From Takakia lepidozioides (lineage: Eukaryota; Plantae; Bryophyta), in assembly GCA_030704615.1 (NCBI GenBank), contig CM060731.1, positions 41,354,001 to 41,418,000 on the forward strand: DNA of 64,000 nt, in the 5' to 3' direction. How positions within the stretch are numbered: the stretch's first letter is position 1; each line of letters starts with the position of its first letter. Below are positions 52,101 through 64,000 of the stretch, one piece after another. The notes under the pieces are model-generated. The model worked only from the letters and a program-made list of their open reading frames with translations, had not been told where the DNA came from and searched no databases. Made by a program: the position numbers and the translations under genes.

Positions 52101-52624
52101 TTCTCTGGGCAATTTATAATTCTGCTAACTGTGGGCATATGCTAAGTCATTGAGAAACACCATCATCATTTGCAGGTTGACTGTAACATGCTGTAAGAGC
52201 TTTGAAGTACCTGTCGGTACTTTGTATACATTGACTCGGACTGGGTATTTCTTCTCTCTTTGTCCAAAGATGTATCATTGATATTCGCTGCCATCCACAT
52301 CCTGTACTCCTTGAAATGCTGCTCCCATTCGTGCAGTACTGCCCAAATCCGGGACACATAACTTCATTTCCAGTATTATCTCCCCTGCTAACACACACAT
52401 AACATGCCATATTAATTATCTAGCCATCCTCTATAATTATCTAGCCTTCCACTGACATTGGTTCATCCACTAGCGTCCGCAGTGAGTAGTAGCTGATCTA
52501 GTAAAAGGCGTCATGCTGACAAGTTATACAGCTGTAAAGCAACAGACATTTAGTGAAGTAGAGAAGTTAGTCCAATGCTACTACTGTGGATCAATAAAAC
52601 GATACCTTATAACGACCGGTGGAG

Positions 52625-53135
52625 GAGAAATGAAATGAAATGGTATTTTATAGCATCCACAGGAAGCTCAAAGAGCTTATGGGACAAGAGGAAGAAATGA
52701 CATGAAATGGTGCTTTATAACGTCCGCGAAAAGCTCATGGAGCTCATGGGACAAAATGGAAGAAACATGTGAGAGGAAACCAAAAAGAGAGGGGGGCCAC
52801 AAACAACTCAAGAGCAACTGAAGCTCAAGGGATTGTTTAAGAGTCAATGCTTCATGCAGGTAAGCTGCAAAGCATTTCTGATCCTCGTGATGGAAGACCT
52901 CTGCGAGGGACTGGGTATCCCCGAGTAGACAGTGGAATCTCCCACGGATCTCATGGTACAAAGGCCAGTGAAAGAGGACATGTTCTTCACTTCAATTTCC
53001 CTGTATTTCCCCACACAAGCAGGGCATAGTCGGTCTTCATGTTGCAGGTCTTCCCACCTGCCAGTCTCTATCCTCAGACTGGGAGCCCACCCTCAACCTG
53101 CCAATGCCTTAGGGAGATTGAGGGAAGGAGCTTGA
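52625..53135 (-). mobile_element. LINE family B 3' end with duplicated terminus and (CATTT)n tail
   Basis: ALAG..GSQSED/ETGRWEDLQHED..EEHVLFHWPLY; ...ggacgttataaagcaccatttca(tttca) terminus. Confidence 0.8.
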
Positions 53136-53190
53136 AACAAGAGAAGAGATACATTTCATTTCTCCTCCACAATAACACTAGCAAAATTGC

Positions 53191-53410
53191 AAGCTGAAGG
53201 ATTGGGATGAAGGTAGGTTAGGCAATCATCCAATGGTCTTTGCGAGAATAATCCTCTTTCTCTCCCTCCTCTCAAAACCACAGGAAGTGTGACAAGCTGA
53301 AGGATTGGGATGAAGGTAGGTTAGACAATCATCCCCAATGGTCTTTGTGACAATAATCCTCTTTCTCTCCCTCCTCTCAAACACCACAGGAATTGGAGTG
53401 AAGGTAGGTG
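53191..53410. repeat. Tandem duplication of about 100 bp
   Basis: caagctgaaggattgggatgaaggtaggtta...ctctccctcctctcaaa.ccacaggaa occurs twice. Confidence 0.85.
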
Positions 53411-55367
53411 ATGACTAACATCCCCCACATTGTGTCCAGAAGAAAACTTTTCAGACTTGAAGACGACCAGAAGGTTACATGGCTTATAGTCAGCTGGAGA
53501 CTGGATGGTCTTAACGAGAATGAAGAGCTCAGGCCTGCCCAGTCTCTCTGGTCACTGCGTCAACCTTTATCATCCAGAGGGCTAAATCCTGCCTTTTGAG
53601 CTCTGGGAGGATAAGTATTACTCTAAACCTGCACTATGAAGGATATCTCATCAATCGTCTGTCTCCCTGCCCCTCTCCTGTGTGTCTTAGTGCTTGTTCA
53701 GAAACTCTGCAAAACCAGAATCAAGAACATTTAAAGGTGGAGGCTTACTTATGGGGCCAGCCTTCCATGACACTAGTGATGCCATTATGCTCGCTTCTTT
53801 TCCCATTCACCTCCTTGTTTTCCAGCTGTGTGCAAATGGGTGTTGGGAGTATGCCCAGATGAGTACAGTAACGAACTTTCAGTAAGTGTTAATTTCTCTT
53901 TCTCCAGACATTGGCAAAAAAGACGAGGCAAATTTACAGCAGAAGTTTATTAAATTCCTTTATGCATGTTCAAAGAAGGAAAGGAGATTTAACGAGTAGG
54001 AGGATTGAGGTTGCTGTCTTCTGCCTTCACTAGGTCATAAATCCTTCCAAGAATTGAGGTGGAAGTATAAACTTCGTAAGTAGCAACAAGAAGTCCCATT
54101 CCGCCCTTGCCCCTCACCATTTTGGGGCCTTCTCTGGGCTCTCCATGGATGTACTCACATCCTCTATTCTCTCTCATGTCAAACACAAGATGCATAACCA
54201 AACTAGTTAAGAATTTGCAGGATGCTAGGCTCACCTCCACGCCCGACTTTTTACTATCAAGCGACATGTAATATGGATGGACATGCTGTGGAATTTTCCG
54301 CTTCAGTTTTGCCTCCTCCTCTTCGGTCACATCCTTGCAGTTCAATCTATCCATTTGGGCAAGCCAGCTGTTTGCTATCTGACCCGTTGCATAGCTGGTT
54401 AAGCAAAAGCATCAAGAATGTTGGATCAATATGATGTCTTGTGTATGCAATCTCCCCTCTCACATATCTTGCAGAAATTTTTTCACAACACTCTTGCAGC
54501 TGATCAGCTCAGGGGCAAAACCTGCTGACTCTTTTGACTCCCGAGCTGGACCCTGAGGCCCACCTGAGACCCGCGGCATCTGTGGTGGGGCATGGGGCAG
54601 AGGCAAGTAGGTCCCGGGCCGGCCCAGAGGCCACAAAATCAAATGCCCCGAATTGAAGAGAGGGAGAGATATTTGTATGAACAATCACGTTGGGGAAAAA
54701 TTTCGTGATCCGGATCACATCAACTATGTGCCTGTACATCTCTTGTTTGGCACTGTAGCAAAGATAGCTCTGCAGTCATAATTGTCAACCACACAAAACT
54801 GCATAAAATCTTATAGACCACATGAAAGGAAAATGGAGTGAGTGCAGATCCCGCACCTGGGTTTAAATCGATCTCGCAAGAATTGCTCAAAATGGTTCCT
54901 CTGCTCCTCATCATCAGTAGATTTTTTTTTCTGCCTTTGGCGTGTGGTCCATCGACGGCTCCCATGGATCACTTACAGTAAATGGATCCACCAACTGAAA
55001 AAAATGCCCAACAATCAAAGGTTCCCTACCTTCAGAGGCCATACATGCACATCTGCAGGAGGCGCAAATGGCAAAGCAGAACAACCAATGAAAGGACGAT
55101 TGGCCGAAGTTACATTTCTGTTTTCCATTCTTTCTACCAACATCATAGGGTTTTCAGTATTATAAGCTTCTTCTCTGTTATGAATGTTATTTCCTTCTTT
55201 GTTTCTGGACCTACACTTAGAGACAGGAGACTCATGACAAAGCCAGCAGCCTTTCCTACACGTTAAGATTGGCAGGGTCAAATCTGTGACCAATCGGTTC
55301 TAACATCATCTCTTTCAAGACAATCGCTAGAACATTAGTTCTTATCCTTGGGTCCTGGTTTTGTTCC

Positions 55368-55454
55368 TCTCTCATGTTTTCTTCCATTTTGTCCCATAAG
55401 CTCTATGAGCTTTCCGCGGACGTTATAAAGCACCATTTCATTTCATTTCATTTC
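55368..55454 (+). mobile_element. LINE family B 3' tip
   Basis: catgttttcttccattttgtccc...gcggacgttataaagcac(catttc)(atttc)n. Confidence 0.75.
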
Positions 55455-56329
55455 AAGTACAGAATAAAAACTCCACGCAGACATTAAAAGGTAACACAAA
55501 GTAGATGCTGGATCATTTCAAGTTAAAGCTAAATTAACACAACATAGAGTGTAGTCTTAACATTGTGCTGTCAATCATGAAGCCTATGACCATCAACTTC
55601 GTCATGTGTGGCAGTCACAAGCGGCCACCACTCTCCACTGAGATCATCAGCTCCCAACACAGAACCCTAAGCTCAAATCATGGGGATACCATGCTACAAA
55701 TCTTTGAACTCAGTTTCTGCCCTTTCTGAAAGAACCAGAGAAGTCAGGCAATCATGTTGTTAGCTCACTAACACTTATGAAGTAGCAACGAAATTTCACA
55801 TTAGCTTGTCCTAAGAAAGCAAACATTGAGCAAAACTGCTCAAAGGGGATTGCTGAAAGGGTAGCTGCAGTGGCTTCCTGCACCTGGAACATCCCCTTCT
55901 AGTACAAGCTGGTCACTACTATTAATAAATGTGTCAGGAAAAAATCATCTGCATAAGTACAGAGTAACAGGTCCATGCAGACATTAAGGTGACGCCAACA
56001 GAAATTGCACCAGCCCAACTTAAGACCTGAACTGGTGCAACATAGAGACGCAGTCTTAATATTGTGCTGATGTTACCAAGTCTCAGACCATCATGTGTAC
56101 ATCCAACATTATCCGTATAGCATCCTGCACATCGAACACTCAATTCCATGCCATCAATCATGGTAGCTTTGCATGGGTACTAAAGGCATTTGGGTGCACT
56201 TTAGGACTGGCAGAATCAGTTTCAAGCCAGCACAAATGTTACTTACTCCATTACTCCCACAATTGCAGGAGTGTTCAGTGATGCTAGTGCAGTCATTCCG
56301 CCTGCTTATTATCTGTCCCCCATCGACAA

Positions 56330-57495
56330 TTTTTGCTCAGTCCGAACTGGGCACAAGCCCATGCCCCTGAGACCGCTTCCATGCGCTCCTGTGATCAAGT
56401 TCCCTACTTTCGGAGGAGACTTTGCAGCAAGTGCTCGCTGCCCGAGACAAAGACTTGGAGGAGCAGACAGTATCAAGTTGCAATCTTCTTTCCTTGCTAA
56501 AATCAGATTTTCTCCTCGTTCTTTTTGGTCCCTCCTTAAACCTCATAGAGACCCTCCCCAATCACTGACATTCACGTCTGGCATGAGTATGCCCAGTCTT
56601 TGTACCATTCCCCAACCCAAACTCATTCTCCCATAACCTCTAAACCCCTTCACTTCTCTCTCTTTACTACGGCCAATGTCAGCAAGGCAATCAAGAAGCT
56701 GCAAAATGGCAGGGCAGCCGACATTTCAGGACTTCAGAGTGAATTCATCAAGCATGCTGCACCTACTTTAGCCCCTTTTATAGCTCACCTCTTCAATGAG
56801 GTAGTGCAACGGGGCTTTCCAACAGAGTGGACAAAGAGCATCATCCACCCACTCTTCAAGAGCGGTGATAGGCTCGCACCGACCAACTATCATACTATTA
56901 TGGTGTCCTCGTTACTTGCTAAACTGTTTGGGGCAGTAGTGGCCATGGAACTGGATGATTGGGCTGAGTCCTCTCGCATTCGTGCTGAGGGACAGGCTGG
57001 TTTCCTTCCGGCTTACAATCTTTCTCCATAGATTACAGGCCCTTCCACCCAAGGGGCTCGTGGCAAGGGCCCTCGCAACATCTATGAGGCTCAAAGATGC
57101 AGGTTTCAGGAACTCCTGGTATGCTCGAGTGGACAGTTTATTTCAACGCAACGGACTCTCCTATTACCAATGAATCCAGATGAGGTGGACATCACATCCA
57201 GACATGACTGCAACAGACTCATTAGGAGAGAGCTTATGGAATTACATGTCAAGAGAACTTGGAAGCTACCCAATCTCACGACAAAGCTCCACTTCTATCG
57301 AGAGACATTCTTGGTGCTCCGAGATGATAGAATCTTGAGACCAAATTACCTTTCAGCATCCTTATCTCCTTCCCTCCTGAGGGCATTGGGGCGGTTCAGG
57401 GTGGGTATAGAGACTGGCAGATGGGAAAACCTGCAACGGGGAGGACCACCTATGTCCAGCTTGCATAGGGCGCATCCGGGTTTGCCAGATATCCT
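56330..57495 (+). mobile_element. Internally deleted LINE family B (RT N-terminal part and C-terminal part)
   Basis: VSKAIKKLQNGRAAD..G..EFIK, FPTEWTKSIIHPLFKSGDR..PTNY, AEGQAGF, then [19 protein letters not shown]. Confidence 0.85.
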
Positions 57496-60400
57496 CTAGA
57501 AATCCCTTCACACAAGCATCAACCTGCTGTGTGGCCTAGTTTTTCAGAAAGAAAGAGGATGAAACGAAGACATCCACAGAGAAAGGCAGTTCAAGCCTAG
57601 TGTTCAACATGGGAATAAAAAACAAACAGGATGAGAGGGAGAACAGGATGACCAAAGGGTCTGTGTGGCTATAATTATAACTTCAACTCACAGAATGATG
57701 GCGACCTGGTTTCTCTCCAAAAGGCCGCTTGGATCAGCACAGCCCATGAGATATTTGCATTGGGGCACAGGCACCCGTGCCTTGCTAAACTCTTGGAGGC
57801 GTCCTTTGAGTATATCCCATAGTATTTTCCGTAGATAATGTTCATCCAATAGCAGTCCAGCAGACAGCATTCGTAAAGCCAGGTCAGCAGTATCATGGTC
57901 CTCCGGGCAGCTCTCCAAAGCTACAAGACAGATACCAAATGTTGTATACAATCTGAAAGCAGAATCTAGAAACAATGTAAGGCGGGAGACTGAATGACTT
58001 ATAAATGGCAATCAACATAAATTAGAAACATAACCTACATAACCTTCCTTGGTTTGTGAAAAATACACCACAACAGATGCTTATTGGCTGGCCATCTTCC
58101 ATGCACAAAGCAGGGGTCGCAAAACGGCAAGCACAATATGCCCCACAACAACAGGACAACCAACAAGGCATGAAGATACAATCAGAAAAGAGAACATGTG
58201 GTATCAGAATGTCACAAGTCTGAGTTTCAAGCATGGCACAAGTTCAGGATGTCAAGGAGAACTAATTGGCTATTGCTTATCAACAACAGTAGAAGACACA
58301 TCAACTACAATGAATACATACTTATTGAGCTGAGGACCAAGAGTGTACAATGATAATGTAGCAGGTTTGTCAGGAAGCCAAGCCGAGGGACAGTATCCTA
58401 CCATAGGCTAAAAATACAGACCACAAGGACTGAGAATTTCCCAGCACAGTTTGAGTCAAACTGGATAGGGCCTGATGTGGTTCGCAAATTGTCTGAGGCA
58501 ACCCATTCAAAATTGAAGGAATTTGGACACAGAAACACTCAGAAACAAGGAGCCACACTTCCCAAAACTGACCTCAACTGCAATAACCTCAAGACCAGCT
58601 TGTTCACCAAAGTATGGCTAACGAACCTCTCCTTGCTGCATAACGACTGCGAAAATATGTCTTGACCTCCTCAATCCCATTTGCGACAAATTGAATAAGA
58701 ACTTCCTCTGAAACTCCTCCAATTTTCAGCAACAGCACAAGATGCTGAAACAACTTCGCATTTGGTGGCTTGCGACTACCCATTCAAGCCGAGCACACAA
58801 ACAGTCACAAAATAACATGGATGTATGAGCTTCTTTCCAAACTAATACACCATCCCAAGCACTTCATCAACACACAGGGCACCCTGCCCTACCTGACTGT
58901 CCGAGTGGCTTTTGACTTCTAATTGCCCTTCCAAGATGTCTCTGTGCAATGGATGGCTAAACTTGACTATTAATTCGAGTGACCTATCAACTAGTTTTGT
59001 TGGAAGCAAGTAAAAGAATTCAAAAGTGACAATTACATAAAACAAGAATCAGTCAGGCAGGCTTTGGTAGAATCTGAGGTCAGTAAATGTGCCTATTTAG
59101 TCAAGAGACAAGCTTACAACACTGCCAGACTGATGGAATGTGGTATAGACAGAAATTTTCAGCAAGTTACAGGAGTACCTGCAGTTCCCAAAAGATCATT
59201 TCTCCAATCATGGAGCTTAGAATGTAAGTACGAAGTTCACAAGCACCAAATTTTTAAACAAGATTCTTCACCAAGATGACAAACCTGGTGTTGCACAACT
59301 CCAGAGAATTGAACGTAGGGGACTTGAGTTTTTCATCCCTTTTCACCTTACGCATTGACGGGCGCACTTGGATTGTGTCATCAGGGAGCTGCTTGTCTCA
59401 GTGTACACCACAGAAATCACCAACCAAGGTCAGAAACTTGAAAAAGAACTCCGATTTTACTCTTAAATATTCATATGCATGGTACTGAGGTGAAGGGGCT
59501 GTAGGTAGAATTCCCTTCAAGGCCTAAGTTAATAAATAAGATATGGTCAGACATTCAGGTGACAAGCTCATACATAGGAGATGTTGTAAACAGAGATGGG
59601 AAAGGATATTACAAGTGCAACCACTGCAAAAAAGGCATAAGAAAATCACTCAAGTGTGAATATTGCTCTGAAACTGTTAGCCAAATTGGAAAAAAACATT
59701 CATTGTTGAAGTATGTGCAAATATTTGCTCCGGTAATGGGAGCGTAGAACTCTATGTAAGTGAACCAATGGACAGGCACAAGTCAGTTGATAACTAAGCT
59801 TTCAGACAAGTTGTTTGAACCGGCTTGTATACAAGGCACAACCATGAAAGCATCAAATAGCCAAATCTCAGCCACCTAAGGACACAGGATACCCTTCATC
59901 CCTGAAGTAGGACTGCATGTTTTGTCAACCTAATGAAAGTGCAATATTTCTAATTTTCTCATGTCATACCCACGCATGATGTGATAGGAGAGTAGATTGC
60001 GTCAAGTCATGCACAGGTTATAACAGCTCGGAATCATTCCATCATTGAGAGCCAGTTAGACAACTTTGTAGCAGTTTGTTCCTTTTTATTCAAGTTCTTG
60101 TCTCAGAAACTATTTGAGCTTCTTGTGGACATTATAGAGTTTGTTTATAGTGTATAGACTCTACAGTGCAACTGTCTGTGCAATCAGAGCCACAGATGAG
60201 ACATCAAATCAGCTACAGTGTTAGTACTCAATCCCATGTAACTGCAGCATGATTGAAAGTACATATATTCAGGCTGGTAAGTTTATATGTCCATCATCAA
60301 CTCCAGGAGGTCTATCAAAGCTCAAGGGTACACATCAGCGAACTCTGCAGGAGTTCAAGTCCTCTCTATACTATAAATGAGAGCAGACAGTGACTAGTAT

Positions 60401-61354
60401 AGAATCATACCTTGCAGTTGACAAGGAGAACCCCTTTCCAAACATTTCCTTTCTCAAACAGGCGTACTTGCATCATGAGTGGATATTCCTTTTTTGATAG
60501 TGGTCATGCACCAGACACAAGATTAGCTGCCATTAGTCTTCCATCTGGCGAAATTATTAGCATTCAGCAGGTTCACTACTTCACAAGTTACACCCACATT
60601 CCAGTTAACCACTTCATAGTTTTGGTGTCCACCTCTTCTGCTTTCTTAGGATGAGATTGCCTCTGCTTGCACCCCTTGAAGATCCTTTTAGGGCAGAGGA
60701 TGGCCAAATTTCGTGAGATATAACCGCAACCATCTGTGTGAATCTTATTACCATCTTTGACAGCTTCCCCACTCTCATCCTGCAAAGAACATACTCACCT
60801 TAGAAGCTTGCTCACTCATACATCCAGAAACAACAACAGCACTTGTCCTCAGATTGCTCTGGGACCTTCAGCGACCTTCCAAAGTGGCTAGTCTACACCT
60901 TTGTCCAAGATGAAAGCAAGAATGCCTCAGGAGAAGGCTGCAAGGGGAACAGGGGCAGGGGATGCTTTGCAGCCAAGTTTAGTGGAGAGGGTTGGAGATG
61001 TACCGTAGTGATGTGCATATCCAGACTTCAATGCGGGGGGCAATAACTGAATCAATTCTGTACACTCTCAAGATGCAAATGCAAAGGGTCACTATACCTC
61101 CCCACCCCCTGGGTTCCAAAGCACTGCCAGTGTTAAGCCGCTGTACCCGGCATATCTCGTCATCTATAATCTCCACCTTAATCTTGGAAAAGTCCAACGG
61201 TATCTGTACTGTTTGAGACAAAGCCAACTGAAGCCTGCACACCTCGACCAGTTCAAAGCTTGTAAGCTTTGTACGTGGACAACAAGAAAAGAGACAAACA
61301 GGCTTCAACTCTAGGAGGGGAATGCCCTGGAGTCTTCAGGAAAGAACGAACCAA

Positions 61355-62665
61355 TGAAAATGAAATGAAATGGTACTCTATAACATCCGCAGAAAGCTCA
61401 AAGAGCTTCCGGGACAGAAGGAAGCAAGAAACAAGGAAGAGATCATACGACGTTGTTGCCGTAGCCTTGTGGCGGTTGTCCCCATGCTCAGTTTGAGCGG
61501 GACACAAAGGGACAGAAACTACCTTTGTCAGGGGCTGACACCGGTAGTATGACTTACCTTGGAACAGACAAGGAACAAGAAACAAGGAAGAGAGAGGGGC
61601 CACAAGCAGCCCAAAGCAACTATTGCTCAAAGGATTGTCTAAGAGTCGACACTTCATGGAGGTAAGATGCCAAGAATTTCTGATCCTCGTAATGGAAGAT
61701 CTCCATGAGAGATTGGGTGTCTTCGAATATACAGTTGAATCTACCGCGGATCCCATAGTAGAAAGGGCAGTGAAAGAAGAAATGTTCTGCACTTTCATTT
61801 CCCAGTTGTTCGCAACGCAAGCAGGGCATAGGGGGTCCTCCAGTTACAGATTTTTTCCCACCTATCAGTGTATCTGCAGGCAAGGGAACCGACCCTGAAT
61901 CTCCCAAATGCCCTCAGAAGAATGGGAGATAGAGCTTCAGACGGGAAATTGGGCCGCAAGATTCTATCTTAATGGAAAACCAAGAATGTCACCCAGTACA
62001 GTTTATGTGGAGTTCCATAAGTTCACTTCTGATGCATTGTTGGACGCAGCTTGAAACTTGCGGTTCCGAACCTGATAGATGTTGTGAGGGCCCGGGCTGT
62101 CAGACCTTTGGGTGGAAGGGCTTGTAACCTTGCTGCAAGATGGCCTCGGTACATATGCAAATTCCGCACATGAATTTGTGATGGTGTTGTATCTCTAGCT
62201 CCAAGCATTCCTTGGAAGAAAGACCGTTGCAATGGTTCCAGAAATTTCTTCCCACCAGGAAACTGGAACACCAGGTGCCCAGAACTCACAGCCATGAGTG
62301 GCAGCAGGGTGACAACCGATTCGAAGCCACTTTTTGGGAATGCATTTGTTTGCATTTATCCTGAAGGTGTATGGCGGCAGCGTTACCCTTCGTCAATCTG
62401 TCCATAGCAGACGATGCAAACTGATTTTGGGTAAGTGGATGACCAGACCCAGGTATGGGTATGATTTCATGTCCTCTCTCTTGCTGGTTGAAGAGGAATC
62501 TCCGATCCACATGGCCATTGAAAACCATGATCTTGGTTTTGCTAAGATTGACCTGCAACCTGTAGTCTTCGGAGAAGTCTTCCAGGATGCCAAGGTGCCA
62601 TTGTAGGAAGACAGGAGATTAATAGAACAACATCATCAGCATAGAGAAGTACTAATTGTGTTAGT
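61355..62665 (-). mobile_element. LINE family B fragment with a nested LINE-A 3' fragment (about 61444-61574)
   Basis: LLYADDVVL, LQVNLSKTKIMVF, YLGL and a (CATTT)n tail. The nested piece is flanked by a caagaaacaaggaagaga duplication. Confidence 0.82.
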
Positions 62666-63283
62666 CCTCCATTGAGAACTTTTGTGTTGAAGTGAAACCA
62701 TGAGGCCATTGGATGGCCTCTTAGGTATTTAGGGGTTAAGGGTGACAACATGCCACCAGGGCCACCGCTACGATCACTACAAAGGAGGTACCCCAAAGAA
62801 CTTGCCCAAAAACAATCTGAAATCATAGGTGTAAGTGCACATCCTGAGAATGACTCCAGACAGAATTACAGTTTGCTTAGTATGAAATCGTGTGTGAAGT
62901 CTACTTTCACATGCAGGCATCCAGTTTTGGACTGCTATGAAAACTTCTGGAATAGTTGAAAGAGAACCATTCCAGTGACGCCAGCTCTTAAAGCAACAAA
63001 GCAAAGACTGTAGATCACTTGTGGAAGGTGATAAGCATAAGTAACAGAGGTCCACCAGGCAGTTCACTGGGGTAGCCACTAGTCAAGCTCCAAAAACTCC
63101 AGGAAGAAGTCATCAGACAAAGCAGCCCAAGCAGCCAAAGCACATTAAACGTGTCCTTGGCACCTTAGCAAGGTCAAGTGCACACCAAAGGTAAACATTA
63201 ATCTACAGCAAGAAAGTCTAGATACCTCCCCCCTCCTATGTGGTGCTCTTTTCACTCTGTCCATGTCCTTCTCCTGACATCGA

Positions 63284-63567
63284 CTACGAGTGATTCTCCT
63301 CCATACTCGTTTCTTTTCCTAAAAACATTTCTCTGTATACCAACGGGCTCATACGGATATCGTCATCTTCTCCACATATCTCACAAAGCACGACTCCAGC
63401 CACCTTCCAAGCAAAGCGAAGGCTTGGGGGAATCCATCCTGTTGGCATTCACGTATTCTGTAGTTATAAAGGCTATACACCACGTAATGAATGGCCGTTG
63501 CCCTCTGACAGATCGTCTCCGTCAATAATCGCCGGCCCTTCATCTCGATTGCTACGGCACAGAGCAT
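63284..63567 (-). pseudogene. Terminal exon of a second, upstream RDR-gamma copy
   Basis: MLCAVAIEMKGRR..RATAIHYVVYS../LRFAWKVAGVVLCEICGEDDDIRMSPLVYREMF. Frameshifted; the remainder would lie beyond the window. Confidence 0.75.
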
Positions 63568-64000
63568 CTTCACAACCCACATGGAATCTCATTATGTTTC
63601 GTCTGAACCAAACACCATCCAAAAACATCTTAATGGCTCCATTTTAGAGGATAGACATCAGATTCACTTCAGATCTGTCAAAGATTGGATGACCCGCAAA
63701 AACCATGTAGCATGACAAATGAGAACAGCAACAGAAGGCTAATTCCATACCACCCTCAGATGCGAAGCATGATATTGATCAAGACGGGTATGTTGGGAAG
63801 AATGGTTATGAATAACGAGGGAGACTGTTGAAACGCAAGACAGTACAAGGAGCAACCACTCGAGAAGATGGAGTGGGGGAAAACAAATAATGCGGGTAGT
63901 GCTGGTTGGGCTGGGCGCCACCCAGAACCATACCAGAGAGCCGAGATGGTCTACACTCCAGATTTCGCGACTTACATTACCATTTGTGTCAAGGTGTGGA

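Larger units (their letters stand above)
51402..61234 (-). pseudogene. RNA-dependent RNA polymerase, RDR-gamma (RDR3/4/5-like), 5'-truncated and decayed copy
   Basis: Exons: LQLALSQT..IIDDEICR, IHTDGCGYISRNLA..CP, PLMMQVRLF..KGVLLVN, IQVRPSMRKV, YLMGCADPSGLLERNQV, SYATGQIANSWLAQMDR, YTSTSILGRIYD, YRMWM..KYRQ, FAWKVAGIVLCE. Frameshifts near 54400 and 51530; no DxDGD exon found. Confidence 0.8.

Noticed and set aside
56060-56130. THDGLRLGNI as a remnant of the RDR 'PGLHFGDI' exon
   Set aside because: It is too divergent relative to the well-preserved neighbouring exons, and no DxDGD follows.

Overview
This is a gene- and TE-rich nuclear window from a land plant, probably a non-seed lineage, with GT/GC-AG spliced genes. 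Intact-looking genes are a UDP-glycosyltransferase (runs off the 5' edge), a 16-exon Xaa-Pro dipeptidase, an intronless PLS-DYW PPR editing factor and a 2-exon COX7c-like gene. The centrepiece is a structurally complete 12.6-kb Mutator-like transposon (30968-43539) with long GC-rich TIRs and a perfect 10-bp TSD. It carries two convergent, now disabled genes. One is a DDE/SWIM transposase resembling the conserved 'domesticated' At4g13970/At1g60560 family. The other is a long Zn-finger/SIM/Ulp1 SUMO-protease gene. The element's introns, spacer and TIRs are saturated with one short motif (GGTCTRC/GYAGACC), recalling the VANDAL/VANC anti-silencing layout. Also present are a gene-fragment cluster (PPR, WEE1, SART3) with a large fold-back repeat and a Helitron-like 3' end, decayed tandem RDR-gamma copies, a peroxidase pseudogene and two RTE-like LINE families. 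Family assignments come from recognised motifs and recalled homologues, not database searches.
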